Assembly: GCA_963699755.1 (NCBI GenBank)
Contig: CAVOVB010000001.1
Location: 128,001 to 192,000, forward strand
Direction of reading: 5' to 3'
Source of the DNA: an uncultured delta proteobacterium
GTDB taxonomy: Bacteria > Myxococcota_A > Polyangia > Polyangiales > Houyiibacteriaceae
DNA: 64,000 bases
Of the stretch, positions 47,929 to 57,822 are shown piece by piece (the stretch's first letter is position 1; each line of letters begins with the position of its first letter). The position numbers and the translations under genes are program-made. Under the pieces are notes generated by a model that saw only the letters and a program-made list of their open reading frames with translations, made no database searches and was not told where the DNA came from.

Positions 47929-49812
47929 GTGAGACGACTGCTCTCCGGGTTGTGTTTCGTGTTGAGCGCGTCGCTCTTGTTCGGCTCGGTGCGCTGGGGT
48001 GGTGCGATCGCCCAATCGATGCCGGGCTTCATCCACGTCGATGAAATCCGTCCTGGAATGAAGGGCTACGGCCTTTCGGTCTTTCGAGGCACCGAGCCGG
48101 AGCGCTTTGATGTCGAGGTCATCGACGTTCTTCACGAGTTCCGACCCAATCAGGACATGATCCTCATCCGGACACCCCACCCGCTTCTCGACCGGGCGCG
48201 GGGAGTGGCCGGCATGAGCGGAAGCCCCATTTACCTCGAGGGCCGCCTGGCGGGCGCCTACGCCTATGGCTGGAGCTATGGCACCGACCCTGTGGTGGGC
48301 GTGACACCCATCGCGAACATGCTCGCCGAGCTCAAGCGCCCGGTTCGTCTCGACATGTTCCCAGGAGCCCGTCCGCTCTCGAGTCGGCCGAGCGCCACAT
48401 CGACCCGACGCCTGTCCAAGGAACGGCTCGCTGGCTTGCCTCCGTTCCGCGGGGAGCACGAGGTGACCGCCCTTTCCGCCATTCGTGCGCTACAGCAAGA
48501 AAGAGCCCGCACCGAAGCACCGCTCGGCCTCAGCCGCGCCAGCACGCCGATCATGCTCGGCGGCTTGGATGAATCGGTGGCGCAGATGATCGCCAAGGAG
48601 CTCGAGCCGCTCGGTTTGGTGGCGACGCAGTCGAGCGCAGCTGGAAGCGCGAAAGGAGTCCCAAAACAGTTCGAGGCGGGAGGCGCCATTGCCGTCGAGC
48701 TCGCTCGTGGCGACATCGCCATCACTGGCGTGGGCACCGTCACCTATGTCGACAAGGGAGGCCGAACCCTCGCATTCGGGCACCCGATGATGGACGCAGG
48801 CGCCACCGGCCTTCCGACTGCAACCGCGCGTGTCGTGCACGTTCTGGTCAGCGAAATGCGGTCTTTCAAGATCGCCGAAGCGGCACAGTCGCTTGGCGCC
48901 TTGGTGCAGGATCGACAGCCAGCCATCGTCGTCGACCCAGATATCGAACCGGCGCGCGTCCCCGTGCGCGTGAAAGTGAACGGTGTCGAAGGCGCCCCGA
49001 AGACCGAGTGGCGTGTCGAGGTAGCGAGCCACCGTATGCTCACCCCGATGATCGTATTCACGGTCATCCAGAACGCGATCAAATCCACGGCCAATGACGC
49101 AACCGACGTGATCTTCAGGGCCAGGAGCAAGATCGGCATCGAAGGCCACGGCATCATCTCGCTCGACGAGCAGGGCTTCTCCCCGATGGGCGCCGCCAGC
49201 CCGGCTGTCTTTTCGCAACTTCGGATGTTTGGTTTGATGGAGGCCGCGTTTGCCAACCCCTTCGAGATCTCTCGAGTCACCTCGATCGACCTCGAGCTCG
49301 ATGTCGAAATGAGTCGCGAGGTGTTCCAGATCTCCGATGCCTCGGTCGCCTATGACGAAGTGGACCCAGGCGAAGACCTGGCGATCTACGTAAGACTACG
49401 CCGCGTAAACCAGCCCGATACGATTCGCGCGGTGAAAGTTCGCATTCCCTCGGCTGCAGCCGGACAAACCGTTCGTGTCTCGATTGTTCCAGGGAACTCC
49501 GTAGCAGTCGAACAGCCGCGCGCCGGCTCGCTCGGCGACCTGATTGAGGCGGCAAACCGACGCTATCCAGCGACCTCCTTGGTCGTCGCCCTTCAAATGC
49601 CTACGAGCGGCCTTAGCTTCGAGGGTCACGTCGTCGATTCACTGCCGGCTTCGGCGCTCAACTCGCTCCAATTCGTCAGCGGAACGGAGAACAGCAAGCC
49701 TTTCGTCACGCAGTCGCGCACGGAAATCAAGATGCAGCAGGTGGTGGTCGGCGGCGCAAACCTCGCGCTTCGCGTCCGCGAAGTCGCGCGCGACCAATCG
49801 CTCGGTGAGTAA
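47929..49812 (+). CDS. SpoIVB-like peptidase S55 domain protein, exported
   Basis: Signal peptide; GMKGYG, AGMSGSP, GVTPI, AFGHP. Confidence 0.88.
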   Translation: MRRLLSGLCFVLSASLLFGSVRWGGAIAQSMPGFIHVDEIRPGMKGYGLSVFRGTEPERFDVEVIDVLHEFRPNQDMILIRTPHPLLDRARGVAGMSGSPIYLEGRLAGAYAYGWSYGTDPVVGVTPIANMLAELKRPVRLDMFPGARPLSSRPSATSTRRLSKERLAGLPPFRGEHEVTALSAIRALQQERARTEAPLGLSRASTPIMLGGLDESVAQMIAKELEPLGLVATQSSAAGSAKGVPKQFEAGGAIAVELARGDIAITGVGTVTYVDKGGRTLAFGHPMMDAGATGLPTATARVVHVLVSEMRSFKIAEAAQSLGALVQDRQPAIVVDPDIEPARVPVRVKVNGVEGAPKTEWRVEVASHRMLTPMIVFTVIQNAIKSTANDATDVIFRARSKIGIEGHGIISLDEQGFSPMGAASPAVFSQLRMFGLMEAAFANPFEISRVTSIDLELDVEMSREVFQISDASVAYDEVDPGEDLAIYVRLRRVNQPDTIRAVKVRIPSAAAGQTVRVSIVPGNSVAVEQPRAGSLGDLIEAANRRYPATSLVVALQMPTSGLSFEGHVVDSLPASALNSLQFVSGTENSKPFVTQSRTEIKMQQVVVGGANLALRVREVARDQSLGE

Positions 49813-49819
49813 CGAAACG

Positions 49820-51844
49820 ATGAATAACCCGAAGACCATTTGGAAAATCGCCCTGCTGGGTCTGATGCTCGCCACGAGCGCGACGGTTCGCGCGGTGGGC
49901 ACCGAGAGCTTCGTGCTCGACAGTGCCGAGGCGTTCTTCGAAGGAGAGCTCGACGGCGCTGCGGTTGACTCCGACGGCTCCGTGCGGCCCGGCGCAACAA
50001 CGGAGCGAACCGCGCTCGAAAACGTGCCGCTGGCCTACAGCCTGGCTCAGAGCGGCGGCAGGACCTTCGTCGGAACCGGCACCGCGGGCACCGTTTACCG
50101 GTTCGATGGCAAGCGCGCGGAGGCGTTCGCCAAGACAGGCGAGCTGCTCGTCGCGTCGCTCGCATTTGGCAACGACGGCGCGCTCTATGCCGGCACGCTG
50201 CCCAACGGCCGGATCTACCGAATCGATCCCAAGTCGGGCAAGACGAAGCTCTTCTCGACTCCCGACGGTGCAAAGCACATCTGGGCACTTCGCTACGACA
50301 AGAAGCGTGGCCGTTTGATCGCGGGAACTGGACCCGAAGGGAAGCTGTTTGACATCGACGCGATCGGCCGCGCACGCGTCCTCCACAAGGTCCAGGCGTC
50401 GCACATCATGGCGCTCTCCGGGGACGAGAAGGGCAACATCTACGCCGGCACCAGCGACAGTGCCGTGGTTCTGCGAATCCGCCCGAACGACCGAGTAGAG
50501 GTCGTGTACGATTTCCCTGGAAACGAAGTCACCGCCATCGACTTCTACGATGGCCAACTGGCCGTGGTTTCCAACCAATTCAAGACCGCCCCCGGGACCC
50601 AGTTCAAGGCCTCGGGCGGGAACGCTGGCAACGCGGCACGCCCTCCGACCCGCCCGCGTCCGGGAAGCGGACAAGTTTGGCGCGTCGATGCCGAAGGGCA
50701 CGCCGAGATGTTGGCGAGCCGGAAAGATACCCATTTTGCCTCGGTCCAATGGGGAACCGACGGTGCGATCTATGCCGGTGGCGGACACGAGGGCCGAATC
50801 CTGCGTGTCGAGCCAGATGCGAGCTACTCGATCTGGGTCGACGTGGAGGAGCGACAGGTCCTTGCGCTGGACCTACGCGCCAAAGACCCTTCGTTCGCCA
50901 CGGGCGACGGCGCGGCGCTCTATCGAGTGAAGTCCGCAAAGCGTCGCGATGCGATTTGGACGAGCGAGCCATTGGACGCGAGCTTCGCATCCAAGTGGGG
51001 GCGGCTCACTTGGCGGGGCCGAGGTCGCTTCGTTTTCCAAACCCGCTCGGGCAATACCAAGGAGCCTGGGGAAACCTGGAGCGGCTGGTCGAAGGGCCTC
51101 AAACAGCCGGGCATCGTCTCGAGCCCGGCCGGGCGCTTCATTCAAGTCCGCGCCAAGCTCCCGAATGACGACGACGCGGTCCTTCGCGCCGTGCAGCTCT
51201 TCTACCTGCCACAGAACCAGCGCGCGCGGGTCTCGAACGTCCAAGGCAGCCGACCTCCGCTCAAGCATGCTGAGGCGCAACGGCGGCCAAATCCGCCCAC
51301 GACTCTGCTCAGCCTGAGTTGGAATGTCGATAATCCCGACAAGGATTCGTTGCGCTACCGCATCGCGTATCGCGAAGAAAGGCAGGTGGCTTGGCGCGAC
51401 ATGTTCGCTGAGGACAGCGTGCTGACCGACCCTAAGTACACTTGGGACACCGACAGCATTCCGGATGGATATTACATCGTGCGGGTCGACGCCTCCGACG
51501 AGCAGTCGAATCCGCCGGGGCTCACTTTGCACTCTAGCGCGATCTCGGAGCCTATCCTCGTCGACAACCATCCACCTCGCATCGAGGAGCTCAAGGTTCG
51601 CAACGGGCGCGTGCGCGGCCGCGTCGTGGACGAGCTCGGACCCATCGCGCGCATTCAAATGTCGATCGACGCGGGTGACTGGCGCGACGTTTTCCCAATC
51701 GACTCGCTTCTCGATGACGCCAGTGAACGCTTCGACGTCCCCCTCGGCGATCTCGTGAGCAAGGGCTACATCATCGCAATTCGGGCTTTCGATGCCTCGG
51801 GGAACCAGGCCAACCGCGAAATCACTGCAAGAACCGGCAAGTAG
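49820..51844 (+). CDS. Exported beta-propeller plus Ig/FN3-like protein
   Basis: Signal peptide; repeated YAGT/G..Y blades; TRSGNT..P..TWS; DNHPP. Confidence 0.8.
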   Translation: MNNPKTIWKIALLGLMLATSATVRAVGTESFVLDSAEAFFEGELDGAAVDSDGSVRPGATTERTALENVPLAYSLAQSGGRTFVGTGTAGTVYRFDGKRAEAFAKTGELLVASLAFGNDGALYAGTLPNGRIYRIDPKSGKTKLFSTPDGAKHIWALRYDKKRGRLIAGTGPEGKLFDIDAIGRARVLHKVQASHIMALSGDEKGNIYAGTSDSAVVLRIRPNDRVEVVYDFPGNEVTAIDFYDGQLAVVSNQFKTAPGTQFKASGGNAGNAARPPTRPRPGSGQVWRVDAEGHAEMLASRKDTHFASVQWGTDGAIYAGGGHEGRILRVEPDASYSIWVDVEERQVLALDLRAKDPSFATGDGAALYRVKSAKRRDAIWTSEPLDASFASKWGRLTWRGRGRFVFQTRSGNTKEPGETWSGWSKGLKQPGIVSSPAGRFIQVRAKLPNDDDAVLRAVQLFYLPQNQRARVSNVQGSRPPLKHAEAQRRPNPPTTLLSLSWNVDNPDKDSLRYRIAYREERQVAWRDMFAEDSVLTDPKYTWDTDSIPDGYYIVRVDASDEQSNPPGLTLHSSAISEPILVDNHPPRIEELKVRNGRVRGRVVDELGPIARIQMSIDAGDWRDVFPIDSLLDDASERFDVPLGDLVSKGYIIAIRAFDASGNQANREITARTGK

Positions 51845-51861
51845 GAGCTAGGCCGCGCTCG

Positions 51862-52914
51862 CTAGGACCGCGTGAAGCGGCCAACCTTGAGCCGATGCAT
51901 GACGGCTAGCTTCTGACGCTCCTTGTAGGCCTGGTGGCTAGCCTCGCCCGCTTCGTTCCTTTCATCGGTCGCGCGATCGAGAACTTGCAGCTCGGTCTGC
52001 ACGAAGATGGTATGCCCTAGCTCCGAAATCCCGTGCGGACCGGCGCGCAGCACCTCGTTTGGGACACGAACCGGAACGTCGGCAACGAAGTGCACGATGC
52101 GATAGCTTGGCGCCGTGAAACGGTTGTCGATCATCGAAAGCCCGTCCTCCAAGTCGAGTGGTAGCTGCAGGTTGGGAATGTGCCTTGCGAGCGCCGGCTC
52201 GGACCGGCAGTACTGGTGGAATCGCGCCAGCGTATTGGTCGACTGACCGGGAATGACGAAGTTGAAGGGTACGATGCTTCGTTGGACGTAGTTCAGAATC
52301 GGAAAGATGTCCCTGTAACTGCGGGTCACGATGCGGAACCGGACTTTGTCGTAGATTTGCGATGCGCTGACGTCGGGCTTCGAAAGAAGCTTGGTGTAGA
52401 GCGAATCCTTGTTCTTGCGCCCGCCAATGAATTCGAGGATCGGAAAGTCGCTGGCCAAGGCTGCTGCCATGACGCGGTAGACCTTCTGCTCCACCCATTG
52501 GAACACCTCTTCGTCCGCGGTCGGCAACAAGAACAAGAGCTCGCGCGCCTCCAGGTGATGGATGATGTGCATCACCTTCAGGATCGCGCAGGCGCAGATT
52601 TGCCGGTGCCCTTTTGCCGAGGCGAGCATCAAGAGGCCCACCAGATCCTTTTTGGCCACCGGTTTCGGAACCGGGAAGTCGAAGTGGCGGCGGAGATAGT
52701 CGATCGCCGCCTCCTTCACGTGCAAGACACGCGCCGTATCACTGGGGTCGTTCGGGTCGATCTCCTGCGCCCGCACAAAGGCGTAGGCCTCGTCCTCATC
52801 GGCAAAGTTGAGCCGATGCCAGTCGACCACTGACCCTCCGCGCAGAAGGACCCGGATTCCCTCGAGGTCGGCCAAGGTCAAATCGTCGAGAGTACGGAGC
52901 TCCGGAATAGGCAC
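51862..52914 (-). CDS. TIGR04552-like RelA/SpoT-type nucleotidyltransferase
   Basis: LRGGSVVDWHRL, RKNKDSLYTKL, IYDKVRFR, ELQV, SHQAYKERQ. Confidence 0.78.
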   Translation of the reverse strand: MPIPELRTLDDLTLADLEGIRVLLRGGSVVDWHRLNFADEDEAYAFVRAQEIDPNDPSDTARVLHVKEAAIDYLRRHFDFPVPKPVAKKDLVGLLMLASAKGHRQICACAILKVMHIIHHLEARELLFLLPTADEEVFQWVEQKVYRVMAAALASDFPILEFIGGRKNKDSLYTKLLSKPDVSASQIYDKVRFRIVTRSYRDIFPILNYVQRSIVPFNFVIPGQSTNTLARFHQYCRSEPALARHIPNLQLPLDLEDGLSMIDNRFTAPSYRIVHFVADVPVRVPNEVLRAGPHGISELGHTIFVQTELQVLDRATDERNEAGEASHQAYKERQKLAVMHRLKVGRFTRS

Positions 52915-52916
52915 GG

Positions 52917-53066
52917 TTAGGGCGCCCGCTCCAAGAGAATGGTGCCGACGAAGATGCCCACGCTGACCAGCAAGACGATCGCGTTGAGCGTAAGCCCGCC
53001 ATGACAGCCACCCATGGCCGTCAGTCCGAGCAGCCCCAGTCCCCCTATCGATCTCCGTCCCAGCAT
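52917..53066 (-). CDS. Small membrane protein/lipoprotein (49 aa), absent from ORF track
   Basis: MLGRRSIGGLGLLGLTAMGGCHGGLTLNAIVLLVSVGIFVGTILLERAP*; ends 2 nt before the next gene. Confidence 0.6.
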   Translation of the reverse strand: MLGRRSIGGLGLLGLTAMGGCHGGLTLNAIVLLVSVGIFVGTILLERAP

Positions 53067-53166
53067 CTCGGGCGCCGCTTTGATACCAGCCGACTGCCAC
53101 TGGCGCTAGTGGATTGAGAAGGGTGATTGCTGGGAGTGTAGATCTCGAATATCATTGGCAAAACCA

Positions 53167-55530
53167 ATGACGGATTCGATCTTTCCCGCTGGCGCCGAGC
53201 CGATTTTGCCGATTTTGCCTCTGCGCAATTCGGTGCTCTTTCCGGCGACGGTCGTGCCGGTGAACGTGGGCAGGCCTCGATCGGTGCGGCTGATCGAAGA
53301 GGCCTGCGGCCGCGAGCGCCCGGCGATCGGGGTGGTGACTCAGCACAGAGCCGAGGTCGAGGACCCCAGCTTTGACCAGGTCTATCAGACCGGCACCATC
53401 GCCCGCGTCTTGAAGGTGATTCGCCTCAACTCGGGTCAGTACAGCGTCGTGCTCCAAGGCGTGAGTCGGATGCGCATCGAGGAGACCCTCGGCCGCCACC
53501 CAACGATGCGCGCCCGGGTACATCGCTACCACGAGCGGCCGAGCGTAGACGTCGAGATCGAAGCCCTGGCCGCACATCTCAGGGAATCTGCACGCCGACT
53601 GCTTCACGACCTGCCGACGGCGTCACGCGAGTCCTTGCACATTCTCGACAATGTTCGCGAGCCAGGCGCCTTGGCCGACCTCATCGAGTCGAACCTGCCA
53701 GTCCCGAACGAGCTCAAACAAGAGGTGCTCGAAACCCTCGACATCCGCGAACGGGTTCGCAAAGTCCTGGATCAGGTCAATCGGCAGAACGAAGTGCTCA
53801 GGGTCAAGCAAGAGATCTCCAACATGGTCGAAGAGGAGATGTCGAGCTCGCAGCGCGAGTACTTGTTACGCCAGCAGGTCAAGGCAATCCGCCGAGAGCT
53901 GGGCGAAACCGATGTCGACGAAGACGAAATCGAGAACCTGCGCGAGCGGATTGCACTCGGCCGACTCCCCAGCGAGGCGGAGGCCGCAGCCAAGCGTGAG
54001 CTGCGACGCATGGGCAACATGAACACGGCGAGCAGCGAATATCAGGTCGCACGAACATACGTGGAATGGCTTGCCGACCTGCCATGGGCAAAGAAGAGCC
54101 CCGACCGGCTCGACGTCTTGCACGCGAGGCAGGTCCTCGATGAAGACCATTATGGGCTCGAAAAACCGAAACGCCGGATCATAGAGTACGTCGCCGTCCG
54201 CAAGCTGCGACGCAATGGGCGTGCACCCATTCTCTGCTTCGTGGGGCCGCCCGGCGTCGGCAAGACATCACTGGCGCGCTCGATCGCGCGCGCTTCGGGA
54301 CGGGCCTACGTTCGCGTCTCGCTCGGAGGTGTGTCAGACGAATCCGAGGTTCGCGGACACCGCCGGACCTATGTCGGAGCATTCCCCGGCCGCATCATTT
54401 CCGGCCTGAAGAAGGCGGGCTTCAACAACCCAGTGATGATCCTAGACGAGATCGACAAGCTCGGCAGGGACCAACGCGGTGACCCCGCCAGCGCTCTGCT
54501 CGAAGTGCTCGACCCTGAACAGAACAAACAGTTCACCGATCACTACATCGACTCGCCGTTCGATCTGAGCAAGGTGATGTTCATCGCCACTGCCAATCAG
54601 AAGAGCACGATTCCTGGGCCGCTGCTCGATCGCATGGAAGTGATCGAGCTCCCTGGCTACACGGCGCGTGAGAAACGCTCGATCGCGCGTGATTTCTTGA
54701 TTCCGCGCCAGCTCAGCGAGCACGGTCTTTCTCCGGAGCGCCTCGATTTCTCGGACGAGGCGATCGACCTGCTGATCGACTCGTACACCCACGAGGCTGG
54801 CGTTCGAAAGCTCGAGCAACAGGTCGCTGCGGTCTGCCGCGCAATCGCGGTTCGGCTCGCCCACGGCGAAGACCTGTCGATCCTGGCCGACCCGCCCTTC
54901 ATCGAGAGCGTCCTCGGCGCCGGACATGCCAAGCGGCAGGAGCCCGAGCGTAGCCCTAGGGCAGGCGTCGCGACGGGCCTGACCTGGACCGCCGCTGGTG
55001 GCGACCTGCTCTTCGTCGAGGCGACCCGCATGCCAGGAACGGGCAAGCTCCATCTCACCGGCAACATGGGCGATGTCTTGAAGGAGTCGGCCGCGGCGGC
55101 GTTCACCTTCGTGCGTGCACGTGCAGGGGAGCTCGGCCTCGCGGAGGATTTCGTGAGTCACACCGACGTCCACGTTCATCTCCCGGCGGGGGGCGTACCC
55201 AAAGACGGGGCCGCGGCGGGTGTCCCGCTCTTCGTGGCGCTCGCCTCCGCGCTCACGCAGGTCAAGGTACGACCAGACGTTGCGATGAGCGGCGAGATCA
55301 CCCTTCGTGGGAATGTGCTCAAGGTCGGTGGCATCAAAGAGAAGTGCCTGGCCGCGCACCGTGCCGGCGTCGCGCGAATCCTTCTTCCGAAGCGAAACGA
55401 GCCAGACCTCGAAGATGTGCCGGACGAGGTCCGCGGCGACCTCGAGATCTGCCTGGTGTCCCGGGTTGAAGAGGTGCTGAATCTGGTCGCCGCCTTCGAG
55501 CCGGCCGGGACGCCCGCAGCCGCCGAATAG
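53167..55530 (+). CDS. lon: Lon (LonA) AAA+ protein lacking the catalytic serine
   Basis: LPLRNSVLFP N-domain, GPPGVGKT, ILDEIDK, PKDGAAAG (canonical PKDGPSAG), GGIKEK. Confidence 0.93.
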   Translation: MTDSIFPAGAEPILPILPLRNSVLFPATVVPVNVGRPRSVRLIEEACGRERPAIGVVTQHRAEVEDPSFDQVYQTGTIARVLKVIRLNSGQYSVVLQGVSRMRIEETLGRHPTMRARVHRYHERPSVDVEIEALAAHLRESARRLLHDLPTASRESLHILDNVREPGALADLIESNLPVPNELKQEVLETLDIRERVRKVLDQVNRQNEVLRVKQEISNMVEEEMSSSQREYLLRQQVKAIRRELGETDVDEDEIENLRERIALGRLPSEAEAAAKRELRRMGNMNTASSEYQVARTYVEWLADLPWAKKSPDRLDVLHARQVLDEDHYGLEKPKRRIIEYVAVRKLRRNGRAPILCFVGPPGVGKTSLARSIARASGRAYVRVSLGGVSDESEVRGHRRTYVGAFPGRIISGLKKAGFNNPVMILDEIDKLGRDQRGDPASALLEVLDPEQNKQFTDHYIDSPFDLSKVMFIATANQKSTIPGPLLDRMEVIELPGYTAREKRSIARDFLIPRQLSEHGLSPERLDFSDEAIDLLIDSYTHEAGVRKLEQQVAAVCRAIAVRLAHGEDLSILADPPFIESVLGAGHAKRQEPERSPRAGVATGLTWTAAGGDLLFVEATRMPGTGKLHLTGNMGDVLKESAAAAFTFVRARAGELGLAEDFVSHTDVHVHLPAGGVPKDGAAAGVPLFVALASALTQVKVRPDVAMSGEITLRGNVLKVGGIKEKCLAAHRAGVARILLPKRNEPDLEDVPDEVRGDLEICLVSRVEEVLNLVAAFEPAGTPAAAE

Positions 55531-55533
55531 TCC

Positions 55534-57822
55534 GTGGCGAGCTCATTCATGTTTCGGCTGAGCGCAGTGTTTGCGGCCATCGTCGGTCTAGCGCTCGCCT
55601 TCGTCCCGCTGCTCGCGGTCCATGGAGTGGAAAGTGCCCTCGCACTCGGCCTCCTCCTTCCCCCTTGGGTGGCCGCGACGGCAGCAAGCTACACCGAGCG
55701 ACACCGCAGGACCCGAGGCATCGACCTCATGTTTGGTTCGATGGGCATGGGCCTGCTGATTTGGTCGATCCCCGTCCTGCTCCTCGCCCTGAGCTCGCTG
55801 CGTGTTCGGCAATGCGCGCCGGGCGAAGGTCTGGCCTTCATGGTGCTCGGCCCGGCCCTCGGCTGCACGCTCGCAGCCGGCATCGGCGTCTGGGTCGCCG
55901 CGACGATAGCTCAGCCCCGGCTCAGTCCGTGGCTTGCAGCCGCAATCCCAATCGGCTCGGCGCTGTTTGGACTTTGGGCATTCTACTCGACTCCAACCGT
56001 CTACCTGTTTGGGGCTTTCGCAGGGTATTTCCCCGGTGCGATCTACGACGATCTCGTCCAGATCCCGAACCGTTACCTCAGCTACCGAGCGACGATTCTC
56101 GTCGCTGTGCTCGCGCTTGGCGTCCTCTTCGATGCGCTCTGGGACCCGTCCTCCGGCACACTCGAGCTTCGAGCTCGTGGCCGCGTGCGGCTTGGTGCGA
56201 TTGCGATCTGCCTTGGAGCACTTGGCATCGTTGCCGCGTCGTATTGGCAGGGCGACCAGCTGGGACACTCGGTAAGCGAAAAGTATTTGGTCGAGCGCCT
56301 CGGTAAGACCGAGCAAGGGCGGCACTGCATCGTTCACATGCCGCGCGAAACCCTACCCGCGGACGCCAGCCGCTTGCTAGAAGACTGCGACTTCAACGTC
56401 GAGCGCATCACAACGCTCGTCGGCCTCTCGTCGAGCGAACCGGTGACCGCCTACTTCTTCCGCAACCAGGGCGAGAAGAAGGAGCTCATCGGCGTTGGGC
56501 GCACGCTGATCGCCAAGCCCTGGCGACGCGAGGTCTATCTGCAGATGTCGGGCTGGCCGCATCCGGCGCTCGGACACGAGATTGTGCACGCTCTGCTCGA
56601 AGAGGCTGGACGCGGGCCTTTCGCCATCGCAGCAACACTGGGGGGTCTCATTCCGAACCCTGGTATCATCGAGGGCGCTGCTGTCGCCCTCGCCTGGGAC
56701 ATTCGCGACGACCTCGACCCCGACCAATGGTCGAGGATCATGATGGATCGCAACGAGCTTCCGTCGGCGGACGATGTCATGAGCGTTCGGTTCAGCGCAC
56801 TCCCGGCACGGCGCGCGTACATGGCCGCGGGATCGTTGATTCGCTTCCTGATAGTGACCCGCGGGATGGACCGATTTCTCGAAACCTATCGACGTGGCGA
56901 GGTCGACGACTTGCGGGAGCTCGAAGCGGAGTGGAAAGCGTACCTCGCGGAGGTTCCGGTGACGGCGCAGGAGCGTGCTGTAGCCGAGGTCGAGCTTGCG
57001 AGGCCGAGCCTCTTCTCGGCGGTTTGCCCCCACGAGCTGGCGAAGCTTCGCGCCGACCTAGCAGGCGATGCCGCAGCACAAGACGACGTACGTACGATCG
57101 AAACCTGTCGCGCCATCCTCGACATCGACGCACACGATGCCCAGGCGCAGGCCGTATTGGTGGGCGCCCTTGCCCGTAACGGACACGACGCCGAGGCGCT
57201 GGCCGTGCTCGACGCACTTCGGGCCGCCATGAATGCGCCGAAGCCGATCGTCGCTGCCGCTCTCGAGCAGTACGCCGATGCGAGCTGGACCCTTGGCAAC
57301 TTGGAGGAGGCCGGAGCGCTTTACGAGGAGCTCCTGAGCATCCCGCGCACCGACGGTGCCGCGCGCCAAAGCGAAGTCAAGAAGCTCGGCCTCGGAGCGA
57401 CCGATACGGAGCGCATGCTTATCTACGAAATGCTCGTCGGGCGGTCGCCGAGCGCGGTCGTGATTCACTTGGCACAAGCGCTGGCGACGATTCGCGGCGA
57501 CGGCCTTGGACAGTATCTCGAGGCGCGGCAACTCATTGGTCAGAACCGGTACGCGCTCGCACTTCCCCTACTAGAGGACGCGAAGCGCCTTGGGCTACCG
57601 AGCCTGCGTCTCGAGCAGGAGCTGAGCCGCCTCTTGGGAATCACGTTCTTTGCGCTTGGCGACTTCGGCAAATCTGCCGCGGCCTGGCGGGAGCGAATGG
57701 AAATTAGCCGGGCCTCCCATGCGGAAGGGCAGCTTTGGCTCGAACGCATCGACTACGCGCGGACAGGGGGGGTCAGTCCGGTGTTGCCAGGTCCATCGTC
57801 GGCTCTCCAAGCTGCGCCTTGA
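55534..57822 (+). CDS. Multi-TM membrane protein with gluzincin (peptidase MA-like) and TPR-like domains
   Basis: ~7 hydrophobic segments; HEIVH...IIEGAAVA; helical C-terminus. Confidence 0.75.
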   Translation: MASSFMFRLSAVFAAIVGLALAFVPLLAVHGVESALALGLLLPPWVAATAASYTERHRRTRGIDLMFGSMGMGLLIWSIPVLLLALSSLRVRQCAPGEGLAFMVLGPALGCTLAAGIGVWVAATIAQPRLSPWLAAAIPIGSALFGLWAFYSTPTVYLFGAFAGYFPGAIYDDLVQIPNRYLSYRATILVAVLALGVLFDALWDPSSGTLELRARGRVRLGAIAICLGALGIVAASYWQGDQLGHSVSEKYLVERLGKTEQGRHCIVHMPRETLPADASRLLEDCDFNVERITTLVGLSSSEPVTAYFFRNQGEKKELIGVGRTLIAKPWRREVYLQMSGWPHPALGHEIVHALLEEAGRGPFAIAATLGGLIPNPGIIEGAAVALAWDIRDDLDPDQWSRIMMDRNELPSADDVMSVRFSALPARRAYMAAGSLIRFLIVTRGMDRFLETYRRGEVDDLRELEAEWKAYLAEVPVTAQERAVAEVELARPSLFSAVCPHELAKLRADLAGDAAAQDDVRTIETCRAILDIDAHDAQAQAVLVGALARNGHDAEALAVLDALRAAMNAPKPIVAAALEQYADASWTLGNLEEAGALYEELLSIPRTDGAARQSEVKKLGLGATDTERMLIYEMLVGRSPSAVVIHLAQALATIRGDGLGQYLEARQLIGQNRYALALPLLEDAKRLGLPSLRLEQELSRLLGITFFALGDFGKSAAAWRERMEISRASHAEGQLWLERIDYARTGGVSPVLPGPSSALQAAP

